Positions 24,572 to 32,000 of a stretch of DNA of 32,000 bases are shown one piece after another. A program made the position numbers and the translations under genes. Below the pieces are notes generated by a model. That model was not told the origin of the DNA and ran no database searches. It saw only the letters and a list, made by a program, of their open reading frames with translations. Location: contig NZ_RSDW01000001.1 of assembly GCF_003945235.1 (NCBI RefSeq), positions 1 through 32,000 of the forward strand, given 5' to 3'. The DNA comes from Edaphobacter aggregans (GTDB lineage Bacteria > Acidobacteriota > Terriglobia > Terriglobales > Acidobacteriaceae). The stretch's first letter is position 1. The number at the start of each line of letters is the position of its first letter.

Positions 24572-25579
24572 TTACTGGACGGGGCGTTTTGGGGTGACAG
24601 GGATGCCCATGCCGCTGAGCTTGCTGCGGGCCTGCATGGCCTCGGGCGAATTGGGGTAGCGCTGGATGAGGGAGCGCAGTTCGCGGACGCCGGCGTCGGC
24701 TTGCTTGAGGGCGATGAGCGCCTGACCTTTGTGCAGGTGGGCTACGGGGACCTTGCTGCTGTCGGGGTACTGTTCAATGACCTTGTCGTAGGCCTTGACG
24801 GCGTTTGCATACTGGCCGGCGCGGTATTCGATCTCGCCCTGGTAGTAGTTGGCGTTTCCCGAGAGGGGATGGTCGGGGTAGAACTTGATGAGATCGCCGA
24901 ACTCGGAGGAGGCGAGCGGATACTTGGCGGCCATGTAGTCGCCTAGCGCCGTTTTGTAGAGATCGTCGGCAGGAGGCGCGGCTGTGGCTGCCGGCGCTTC
25001 AACTGGAGCTGGTGCCGGTGCGACTGCGAGCGGTGTGCCGGCGGATGGCTTTCCTTTGCGGCCTGTCGGTGCGGGTGGGGGCGGAGCAGGCGTTTCGACC
25101 ACTGGGGCGGGAGTGGCAGTCACAGTGGCAGGTGTTCCGCCCGGCAGACCCTGCATGTTGGCGCTCATGGATTGCTGCTGGCTTTGGACGTCCTGCATGA
25201 GTTTCTCGAGACGGGCTAGGCGGGCCTTCATCTCGTCGAGCGAGTCGTTGAGGGACTGGATCTGGCCGGAGACCTGATCGACCTTGCCGGTCTGCGCCTC
25301 CGTCTGGGTCTGCAGGTTCTTCTGCAGGGTCTCGACTGTAGTCGACATGCGATTGATGGAGTCGGCGTTCTGCTGCATGAGGTCCTTCATGACGCCCATG
25401 CGCTCGTCGTTGGACTGCTGGAGGCGTGCGACGGCATCCTGCAACTGCTGGATTTGGGTCTGAAGCTGAATCATGTCCTTGTTGACGGCGAAGGCAGGCG
25501 AGGACCAGAACAGGGCTCCAGCGAGAAGGGCCGAGGCAGTGAGTCGGAAAGAGATTGGCTTGCGTGTGGGCTTATACAT
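24572..25579 (-). CDS. ybgF: Tol-Pal system protein YbgF/CpoB (signal peptide, coiled coil, Pro-rich linker, TPR)
   Basis: I chose the ATG at 25579 (MYKPTRKPISFRLTASALLAGALFWSSPAFA). A Q-rich coiled coil is followed by C-terminal TPR-like repeats (YKTALGDYMAAKY, YYQGEIEYRAGQYANAVKAY). The track ORF extends upstream into pal and is rejected. Confidence 0.8.
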   Translation of the reverse strand: MYKPTRKPISFRLTASALLAGALFWSSPAFAVNKDMIQLQTQIQQLQDAVARLQQSNDERMGVMKDLMQQNADSINRMSTTVETLQKNLQTQTEAQTGKVDQVSGQIQSLNDSLDEMKARLARLEKLMQDVQSQQQSMSANMQGLPGGTPATVTATPAPVVETPAPPPPAPTGRKGKPSAGTPLAVAPAPAPVEAPAATAAPPADDLYKTALGDYMAAKYPLASSEFGDLIKFYPDHPLSGNANYYQGEIEYRAGQYANAVKAYDKVIEQYPDSSKVPVAHLHKGQALIALKQADAGVRELRSLIQRYPNSPEAMQARSKLSGMGIPVTPKRPVQ

Positions 25580-25667
25580 GGCGGAGTCGGCTCGCCTTTC
25601 TTGTGGAGCTGTCAGGCCCCGCGCAGCGGTGTACGCGAGGCCTGAGGTTGGTGGATGGGACCAGGGG

Positions 25668-26420
25668 TTAGCGGTCGATGGAGAACTGGGCGCGGCGGTT
25701 CTGCTGCCAGCACTCCTCGTTCGACTCGGTGCAGAACTGCTTCTCCTTGCCAAAGCTGATGACGCGCAGACGGTTGGCTGGGACGCCAGCGTTGACGAGG
25801 GCAGTACGAGCGGCATTGGCGCGGTTTTCGCCAAGGGCCAGGTTGTACTCTGCCGATCCGCGCTCGTCCGCGTAGCCGCCGATGACGATCTTGAGGGTCG
25901 GGTGAGCGATGAGGAAGGTAGCGGCTCCTGAGGTTGCGGCGACGGCGTCTGGGCGCAACTCGTAGCTGTCGAAGTCGAAGAAGGCGTCCTTGACGTTCTG
26001 CTTGAAGAGCTGCTCGCTAGTCATGTCTGTCTCAGCAGGCGGAGGAGTTGGAGCTACAGGAACGCGAACGGTTACACGAACGTTGGCTTCCGTAGAGCCG
26101 CCATCGCCCTTGGCGGTGAGATGGAAGTTGGTGGAGCTGGAAGGCGCGACGGTCTGGGTGCCGTTGGCTGGGACCTCGCCGATGCCGTCAATGGTGACGA
26201 CGGTGGCGTTCTGGGTGCGCCAGTTGAGGACTACCGATTGGCCGAGGTCGACGGCGAGAGGATCGGCGGTGATGGCTGCAGTGGGGGCTGCCGCTGGGGC
26301 CGGAGCAGGAGGGATAGCGGCGGGGGGAGCGGCCGTGTTCTTGTGGCAACCGGTGGCGGTGAGGATGGCTAGGGTCGAGGCCAGCGCAAGGGCTTGGCTA
26401 AGGCTGGGGCGTGCGTTCAT
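25668..26420 (-). CDS. pal: Peptidoglycan-associated lipoprotein Pal (OmpA-like C-terminal domain) with an extra central beta-rich domain
   Basis: A lipobox is present (LAILTATGC). The OmpA-like domain reads FDFDSYELRPD...GYADERGSAEYNLALGENRANA. The protein is 250 aa. Confidence 0.85.
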   Translation of the reverse strand: MNARPSLSQALALASTLAILTATGCHKNTAAPPAAIPPAPAPAAAPTAAITADPLAVDLGQSVVLNWRTQNATVVTIDGIGEVPANGTQTVAPSSSTNFHLTAKGDGGSTEANVRVTVRVPVAPTPPPAETDMTSEQLFKQNVKDAFFDFDSYELRPDAVAATSGAATFLIAHPTLKIVIGGYADERGSAEYNLALGENRANAARTALVNAGVPANRLRVISFGKEKQFCTESNEECWQQNRRAQFSIDR

Positions 26421-26501
26421 CGGATGCTCTCCTGTTCAAATCATAATGAATCAAAAAACCAAGGTGGACTGCGAAGGTTGTTTCGCAGGGCAGGACTGCA
26501 A

Positions 26502-27890
26502 TTATTTCCAACTCCAGTTTGGCATGTCGGCGCCGGGGCCGGTAAGAGCGCGGCGTTGCGTACCGTCGGCCAGCATAGTCCAAATCTTCATGTGGGCGTC
26601 TTTGCCGTCGGCGGCGTTAGCGAAGACGATATGGCGGCCGTCGGGCGACCAGGAGGGGAAGTCGCAGGGGCCTATGTCGTGGGTGAGCTGAATCCAGCGC
26701 TTGGTGGCGACCTCCATGACGTAGATGTCACGGCCGCCGGGGGCGCCGGGGCCGTACTTGCGATCCCATGCGAAGGTGAGGAAGTGTCCGTCGGGTGACC
26801 AGGAGGGTGAGGAGGCGTATCCGCCATCGGTCATGCGGGTGACGGCAGAGCCATCGGTGTCCATGATGTAGAGCTGTGGAAGGCCGGTGCTACGAGCGCT
26901 GATCCAGGCGATCTGCGAGCCGCTGCGCGGATTGTAGACGGGGGAGACATCCGGGCCGTGGAAGCTTGTGATGCGGCGCGAGAGGCCGCCGTTGACGTCG
27001 GATATCCAGATTTCGGGGTCGCCAGTGCGCGAGGAGGAGTAGGCGATCTCCTTACCGCTGGGAGACCATGCCGGAGAGAGATTGGTGCCGCCGCCAGCGG
27101 AGGGGAAATTGACCGGCCGGCCAAGCAACAGGGAGAACATACGGATCTGGAAGCCGTCTTTGCCGAGCGAGGAGAAGGCGACGCGGGTGTTGTCGGGCGA
27201 GACTCGGGGCGAAATGGAGACAGTGCCGAGTTGCGTGATGGGATGCTGGTTGGCTCCGTCGTAGTCCATGGCCCAGATCTCTTTGGTGCCGCCGCCGAGC
27301 TTGACGTAGAAGATTTTGGTTTCGGCGATGCCCGGGACGCCGCCGCCAAGACGGAAGATGATCTCGTCGGCGAAGCGATGGGCAATCTGACGGGCGGAGT
27401 CTTCGCTGGGGTCTTCGCTGTACTGCTTGGCGAGCACCTGCGGGTACTGGGTGTTCTTCGCATCGAAGAGGTAGCCGTTGACGGTGACTTTGCCGCTCTG
27501 AACGCCGAGGGCTCCGAAAGCCACCATCGCGGCGGATGTGGGAGCGTTGGACCACTGCGGCAGGTTGATCTCGTTGGGTGCGCCCGGAGTGGTCTGGGGC
27601 TGGAGGCTCTTGGAGACGATGTCGAAGATGCCTGAGTTGGCGAGGTCGCTGTAGAGCGTGGCGTCGAAGGTGCTCTTGAGCGCTGCGGTCTGCGCGTCGG
27701 TGAGGGAGGGCTTGAAGTCAGCGACGGCGATGCGGATGTTGGAGGCGCCGCTGGAGGTCTCGGTCTTGAACCAGTCCTGAGCGTGGAGGGCTGAGGTCGA
27801 GACGAGCAGAAGAGTCAACGCTGCGAGCCAAAGTTTGAGTTGCCGCGCGGTGTGGGCGAAGGGGAGACGAGTCGAACTGAGCATCATCAT
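26502..27890 (-). CDS. tolB: Tol-Pal system beta-propeller protein TolB
   Basis: The 462-aa protein has a signal peptide and repeated propeller motifs (SPRVSPDNTRVAFSS, SPAWSPSGKEIAY, SPSWSPDGHFLTF, FPSWSPDGRHIVF). Confidence 0.9.
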   Translation of the reverse strand: MMMLSSTRLPFAHTARQLKLWLAALTLLLVSTSALHAQDWFKTETSSGASNIRIAVADFKPSLTDAQTAALKSTFDATLYSDLANSGIFDIVSKSLQPQTTPGAPNEINLPQWSNAPTSAAMVAFGALGVQSGKVTVNGYLFDAKNTQYPQVLAKQYSEDPSEDSARQIAHRFADEIIFRLGGGVPGIAETKIFYVKLGGGTKEIWAMDYDGANQHPITQLGTVSISPRVSPDNTRVAFSSLGKDGFQIRMFSLLLGRPVNFPSAGGGTNLSPAWSPSGKEIAYSSSRTGDPEIWISDVNGGLSRRITSFHGPDVSPVYNPRSGSQIAWISARSTGLPQLYIMDTDGSAVTRMTDGGYASSPSWSPDGHFLTFAWDRKYGPGAPGGRDIYVMEVATKRWIQLTHDIGPCDFPSWSPDGRHIVFANAADGKDAHMKIWTMLADGTQRRALTGPGADMPNWSWK

Positions 27891-27989
27891 CTTCTATGGT
27901 AGACGCAAAGTCTGTGAGATGGGCTGTATGATTTGCCGGTTTTGAGTAACCAAGCTAAGCACTTCCGTTATTCGCACATGAATACAGCG

Positions 27990-28862
27990 TTATTTTGGTT
28001 GGTAGTGGAAGGTGTATTCGACGGTGATGTGATCGCCTTGCGGGAGCGGCCCGAAGCCTTCGACTCGCTGCACGGCGCGCATGGCGGAGAGATCGAGTGA
28101 GGGTGAGCCGCTGCGCTCTTCGACACGAGCGTTGGAGGGTACGCCATCGCGGTTGATGTCGAAGACGATCGTGGCACTCTTGCCGACGGAGGCGCGAGGG
28201 TCGGCTTCTTGCGTATACCAGTTCTGCGCGACCTTTTGATTGACGATGTTGACGTAGTAGGCGAAGCGCGCTCCGAAGGTGCGATCCTGCACGGCTATGC
28301 TGGCGGTGCCGTTCTTGAGCTCCATGACTGCCTGCGGGATGCGGACGCCAGCGGTTTCTCCGGTGGCTGCCTTGGTGGGCTGCTCGGGCGCGGGCTGTGG
28401 ATGCTTCGGCGGCGCGGGAGTTGGCTTTTCGGCTGTCTTGACCGGTTTGGTGATCTTGTCGGGGATGGCGACTGTATTGGGTTCGGGTGGCGGCTCGGTC
28501 TTCTCCTTGGCGGTGACTGGCGCGGGACTGGGCGTTTCGGAGGTGAGGACACCGGTGTCGAGTTCGCGTTGCTTCGGAGGAAGAGGTATAGAAGAGACCA
28601 TCGTGGCCTGAATGGCTCCGGCGGTGACGGCGCTCTCGCCCCAGCTGGTGCCCTTTTTGTGGAAGACGAAGGCCGAGCCGACGACGGCTCCGGCGACTAG
28701 GAGGTGCAGGACGATGCTACGGGCAAAGTTGCCGCCGAGGTTGTCGTCGAGGAGGTCCTCGCTGCGCGTGAATTTGACGTGAGTGGCTATGGCTGCCTCC
28801 TCACTTCTGCAACGGCTGGGTGACGATGCTGATGTTGGTGATGCCGGCCTGTTTGACGGCAT
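27990..28862 (-). CDS. tolA: TolA/TonB-family energy-transducing protein
   Basis: It has one TM segment (IVLHLLVAGAVVGSAFVF), a Pro/Lys-rich spacer, and a TonB_C-like end (ATIVFDINRDGVPSNARVEERSGSPSLDLSAMRAV). The start is uncertain: ATG 28862 overlaps tolR by 62 nt, and an ATA at 28790 follows a perfect GGAGG. Confidence 0.7.
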   Translation of the reverse strand: MPSNRPASPTSASSPSRCRSEEAAIATHVKFTRSEDLLDDNLGGNFARSIVLHLLVAGAVVGSAFVFHKKGTSWGESAVTAGAIQATMVSSIPLPPKQRELDTGVLTSETPSPAPVTAKEKTEPPPEPNTVAIPDKITKPVKTAEKPTPAPPKHPQPAPEQPTKAATGETAGVRIPQAVMELKNGTASIAVQDRTFGARFAYYVNIVNQKVAQNWYTQEADPRASVGKSATIVFDINRDGVPSNARVEERSGSPSLDLSAMRAVQRVEGFGPLPQGDHITVEYTFHYQPK

Positions 28863-29214
28863 CCATGACCGAGGCGAAGGCCCCGAAGGGAACACGCTCG
28901 TCGGCGCGCAGGTAGATGATGCGCTTGGCCGGATCGCCCTTGCCGGTGCTCTTGAGCAGGGCGGGAAGGGCATTGACGTTGACGGGCTTGTCCTGCAGGA
29001 AGACGTTCTGCTCCTTATCGATGGTGACGACCATGCGCTCATCGGTGAGCTGATTGACGGTGCGGGTCTTCGGAATCGCAACCTCGACGCCGGATTGGAG
29101 CACGGGCGCCGTAAGCATGAAGATGAGCAGAAGCACGAGAACGACGTCGACGAGAGGGGTGATGTTGATCTCGGCGAGCGTGGTCTGGGTGCGTCCCTTG
29201 GAGGAGAAGGCCAT
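28801..29214 (-). CDS. tolR: Biopolymer transport protein TolR/ExbD
   Basis: The 137-aa protein has the motif EINITPLVDVVLVLLLIFML. Its ATG lies 2 nt after the tolQ stop. Confidence 0.9.
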   Translation of the reverse strand: MAFSSKGRTQTTLAEINITPLVDVVLVLLLIFMLTAPVLQSGVEVAIPKTRTVNQLTDERMVVTIDKEQNVFLQDKPVNVNALPALLKSTGKGDPAKRIIYLRADERVPFGAFASVMDAVKQAGITNISIVTQPLQK

Positions 29215-29216
29215 TG

Positions 29217-30020
29217 CTAGAAGGCCCTCCGGCGAGGTTCTTCGACTGGCTGAGCATGCTGCAGCGGCTGCGTGGGAGGTGCCACCATGGCGGCGTTCTC
29301 GATCGCATTGAGGAGCTCGCGTCCGAAATCGTCCATACGCGCGCCAAACTCGCGCAGGCGGGCGGTGAGCTGGTTGTAGCCGACGACCGCAGGGATGGCG
29401 ACGACGAGGCCTGCTGCGGTGGTGATGAGAGCTTCAGAGATGCCGGGGGCGACGGCTCGCAGGGTGGCTGCGCCCGCGGTGCCGAGGCCGTGGAAGGCGT
29501 CGATGATGCCCATGACCGTGCCGAAGAGGCCGATGAAGGGAGCGATGGCGGCGATGGTCGCGAGCCAGGTCATGTGGCTCTCCATGGCGGTGAGGGCTTC
29601 GCTGGATGCGGTCTGCGCGGCACGCTCCAGAGCGACGGGGTTGCGCGGGAGGCCGCGGCCTCCGTTCTGTCGTTGGTACTCGTCGTGGATCTCGTTGAAG
29701 ACGGCGACGAGGGGGCTTGGCTTGAACTGATCGGCGATGGCGGCGATCTCGCTCAGGCGGCTTGATTTTCGGAATTGGCGGAGGAAGCGCAGACTTTGCG
29801 TATGGGCCTTCGAGAAGCTGGACCATTTGGAGAACATGATGGCCCAGGAGAAGACGCTGGCGATCAGCAGAAGAACGAGCACCGTGAAGGCGACGGGGCC
29901 GCTGTTGTGAATCATCTCACCGAGAGCGCTCGTGCTGGAGACGGGCGGTGCGGCGGAGGTGTCTTCCTGGAGGAAGTGAAGAGCAAGGGCGAGGTTCCAG
30001 ACCATAGTTGTTGTATCCAC
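29217..30020 (-). CDS. tolQ: MotA/TolQ/ExbB proton-channel protein TolQ
   Basis: The 267-aa protein has the family motifs LATIAAIAPFIGLFGTVMGII and ALITTAAGLVVAIPAV. The start is either GTG 30020 or ATG 30005, the latter with AAGGTGG 11 nt upstream. Confidence 0.9.
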   Translation of the reverse strand: MDTTTMVWNLALALHFLQEDTSAAPPVSSTSALGEMIHNSGPVAFTVLVLLLIASVFSWAIMFSKWSSFSKAHTQSLRFLRQFRKSSRLSEIAAIADQFKPSPLVAVFNEIHDEYQRQNGGRGLPRNPVALERAAQTASSEALTAMESHMTWLATIAAIAPFIGLFGTVMGIIDAFHGLGTAGAATLRAVAPGISEALITTAAGLVVAIPAVVGYNQLTARLREFGARMDDFGRELLNAIENAAMVAPPTQPLQHAQPVEEPRRRAF

Positions 30021-30164
30021 CTTGGTCTAGTGTAAATCGTGATTGCGGTGGAGGCGGGCGGGAGCATCTGCCGAGGTGCGGGATTTGGGCAGATTTGAGA
30101 TGGTTATGATGCGTTGGTGCGAGGTTTGCTATTCTCGCGGTACGTCGTTGCCTGAGGCCCTGAG

Positions 30165-31856
30165 ATGCTGCTCGAACTACGCGCGGAAAATTATGCGGTA
30201 ATCGACCGTGCGGTCGCCAATTTTGGATTGGGATTGAACCTGCTGACCGGTGAGACGGGCGCGGGGAAATCGATCCTGATCGATGCGCTTGCGCTGCTGC
30301 TTGGCGGCAAGGCTTCGACCGATGTTGTCCGGCATGGAGCCGAGAAGGCTGTGGTGGGATGCGTCTTCGAGTTGACGCCGGGGGCTGAGGCGATCCTTGA
30401 GGCCAATGGCATTGATGTGGAGTCGGATCACATCCTCCTGCGGCGCGAGATTCTGGCGAACGGCAAGGGACGGGTCTTCGTGAATAACCAGCCGGCGACC
30501 GTGGGAGTGTTACGACAGCTTGCTCCGGAGCTTGCGCTGGTGCACTCGCAGGGAGAGACGATGGGCTCGTTCGACCAGGCGCAGCAGCGGACTCTGCTGG
30601 ATCGCTTTGGCGGATTGAGCCACGATGCTGTTGCCGATGCCTTTGCAGCGTGGCGAGCCACGAAGGACAAGCTTGAGGAGTTGCAGTCCGCCGAGCAGGA
30701 TCGTCTGCGGATGGCCGATCTGTGGCGGTTTCAGAACAAGGAGATCGAACAAGCGGCGTTGACTGCGGAGGATGAAAACGTACAGCTCGAGGCGGAGAAG
30801 CGTGTACTGGCCAACGCTGAGAAGCTGTACACGGCCGCCATGAGCGCTCATGAGTTGTTGTATGAGTCGGAGAGTTCGGCAGAGACGATCCTGGGCGGGG
30901 CGTTGAAGAATCTTGAGGAGCTCGCTCGGTATGATGTGCGGTTTCAGGCTCCGGCACAGCAGTTGGCAGCGGCCAAGGCGATCGTCGAGGATGTGGACGC
31001 CGAGGTGCGTGACTTTGCCGACAACATCAATGCGGCTCCCGGGCGGCTGGAGGAGATTGAAGACCGGTTGGCTGCGCTCGATCGATTGAAGCGGAAGTAT
31101 GGGCAGACTTTGGCTGAGGTGATTGCGTTTGGAGCTGATGCTGCTCGCAAGTTGGCGGAGATCGAGAACCGGGATGCGCTGGTGGTGGAACTTCAGGCAA
31201 AAGAGGCCCAGGATGCCGCGGCTTATCGGGTGGCGTCTGCGCAGTTGAGTTCAGGCAGGGCAGAGGCCGCGAAGAAGCTGGAAAAGATGGCAGAGGCACA
31301 GATCAATGATCTGGCGATGAGCACTCGGTTTCGGATTCAGATTACCCCGGATCAGACACCGGCTAGCTGGACTGCGCATGGGTGGGATCAGGTGGAGTGC
31401 CTGATTGCGACCAATGCTGGGGAGCCGCTGAAGCCGCTCCACGAGATTGCCTCGGGGGGTGAGATGTCCCGCGTGATGCTGGCCCTGAAGGTTACGGTGG
31501 AGGAGGCTGCAAGTGGAGCGGGACGTAAGAAGAAGTCGCCGCTGCCTCGTACGCTGGTGTTTGACGAGATCGACATCGGCATCGGCGGGCGGGCTGCGGA
31601 GGCTGTTGGGCGAAAGCTGAAGACGCTGTCGCGTGGACAACAGGTGCTGTGCATCACGCATCTGCCGCAGATTGCTGCGTTTGGCGACCAGCACTTCCTG
31701 ATCGAGAAGACTGAAAAGCGCGGGCGTACCCAGACCGAGGTTCGACGCATGGAAGATACGGAGCGGACGCAGGAGATAGCCCGGATGCTCAGTGGCGCAA
31801 CGCTGACTGAAACCAGCCTGAAACATGCCGAACATCTGTTAGCAACCAGCCGATAG
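30165..31856 (+). CDS. recN: DNA repair/recombination protein RecN
   Basis: The 563-aa protein has Walker A (LTGETGAGKSILIDAL), a long coiled coil, a signature motif (ASGGEMSRVMLAL) and Walker B (LVFDEIDIGIGG). Confidence 0.95.
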   Translation: MLLELRAENYAVIDRAVANFGLGLNLLTGETGAGKSILIDALALLLGGKASTDVVRHGAEKAVVGCVFELTPGAEAILEANGIDVESDHILLRREILANGKGRVFVNNQPATVGVLRQLAPELALVHSQGETMGSFDQAQQRTLLDRFGGLSHDAVADAFAAWRATKDKLEELQSAEQDRLRMADLWRFQNKEIEQAALTAEDENVQLEAEKRVLANAEKLYTAAMSAHELLYESESSAETILGGALKNLEELARYDVRFQAPAQQLAAAKAIVEDVDAEVRDFADNINAAPGRLEEIEDRLAALDRLKRKYGQTLAEVIAFGADAARKLAEIENRDALVVELQAKEAQDAAAYRVASAQLSSGRAEAAKKLEKMAEAQINDLAMSTRFRIQITPDQTPASWTAHGWDQVECLIATNAGEPLKPLHEIASGGEMSRVMLALKVTVEEAASGAGRKKKSPLPRTLVFDEIDIGIGGRAAEAVGRKLKTLSRGQQVLCITHLPQIAAFGDQHFLIEKTEKRGRTQTEVRRMEDTERTQEIARMLSGATLTETSLKHAEHLLATSR

Positions 31857-31914
31857 TGACACATCCCCGACCGACCGACCCGCATCCGACAGTTGCAAAT
31901 GGAGGTGCCGGGCT

Positions 31915-32000
31915 ATGACAACACCATCAGGTCCCCAGAAATGCGCAAAAGAAGGCTGTAGTTGCATGGCGGAACCGGGTAGCAAATATTGTTCAACGCA
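31915..32000 (+). CDS. Start of a small Cys-rich, metallothionein-like ORF (3' end outside the window)
   Basis: The ATG lies 7 nt after GGAGGTG. Translation is MTTPSGPQKCAKEGCSCMAEPGSKYCST..., with a C-x4-C-x-C...YC spacing reminiscent of bacterial SmtA-type metallothioneins (KCACEPCLC...YYCSEAC). Confidence 0.4.
   Translation, partial: MTTPSGPQKCAKEGCSCMAEPGSKYCST

Noticed and set aside
24218-24946. Long plus-strand ORFs opposite the minus-strand genes: 24218..24946, 25990..26691, 26958..27635, 28209..28700 and 29214..29765. The ORFs at 7839..8450 and 10051..10662 are of the same kind.
   Set aside because: All lie antisense to genes with clear family motifs (ybgF, pal, tolB, tolA, tolQ, the hydrolase, the ADH). 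All have Gly/Ala/Arg/Val-biased composition typical of alternative frames in GC-rich DNA.
25580-25834. The N-terminal 85-aa extension of the ybgF track ORF (MAKTAPMPLV...).
   Set aside because: The extension overlaps the 3' end of pal in another frame and is Ser/Pro/Ala-rich. A signal-peptide-bearing start (MYKPTRKPISF...) at 25579 gives the expected YbgF architecture.
28863-29081. The upstream part of the 363-aa tolA track ORF.
   Set aside because: It overlaps almost the whole of tolR in another frame and is Ser/Pro/Arg-rich low-complexity sequence. The real TolA begins near the tolR stop (see the finding on its start codon).
29917-30957. A 346-aa minus-strand ORF spanning the tolQ 5' end and the recN 5' half.
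   Set aside because: It is Pro/Ser/Arg/Ala-rich and low in complexity. It overlaps two well-supported genes and the promoter region between them, so it is a shadow ORF.
31867-31878. The tandem (CCGA)3 repeat downstream of recN.
   Set aside because: It has only three copies over 12 nt with no associated structure. That is within chance expectation for GC-rich DNA.

Overview
This is a GC-rich (roughly 60% by eye) chromosomal window, densely coding on both strands. I support 27 ORFs from the six-frame track and add 2 short ORFs by hand.

The gene content hints at a soil Acidobacteriota-like organism, but that is inference only. The hints are an H+-pyrophosphatase, a fused E1 alpha/beta 2-oxoacid dehydrogenase, a DUF1800/DUF1501 pair, and a Pal with an extra beta-rich domain.

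Layout, left to right:
- hppA 3' end
- fused E1 dehydrogenase
- DUF1800 and Tat-exported DUF1501
- a 490-bp AT-rich gene-free gap
- DoxX
- two divergent alpha/beta-hydrolase-fold genes, one of which appears to lack all catalytic residues
- a StrB/APH(6)-like kinase
- a Zn alcohol dehydrogenase
- an alkylation-repair block: an AdaA-AlkA fusion overlapping ogt, then DinB-family, DUF1697 and a small Rieske protein
- a repeat-rich spacer holding a 39-codon His-rich ORF with its own terminator
- carA, a terminator, a 570-aa polytopic GT-C-like membrane protein, then carB
- a small membrane protein
- a DapA-family paralog that appears to lack the Schiff-base lysine
- an internally duplicated 8-TM protein
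- a complete tolQ-tolR-tolA-tolB-pal-ybgF cluster on the minus strand
- recN
- the start of a Cys-rich metallothionein-like ORF

I recognised no rRNA, tRNA, CRISPR array, transposase, integrase or phage gene. I do not see a convincing new multi-gene system such as a defence, secretion or biosynthetic cluster. This looks like mostly core chromosome.

The items most worth a second look:
- the secreted or anchored His/Arg-rich micro-ORF upstream of carA
- the membrane-protein gene splitting carA from carB
- a recurring -10-like hexamer 5-6 nt upstream of the ATG at five genes without a Shine-Dalgarno, suggesting leaderless mRNAs
- two apparent pseudoenzymes
- the orphan AT-rich convergent intergenic region
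- the tolA start-codon problem

All family assignments come from motif recognition by eye. No searches were run.
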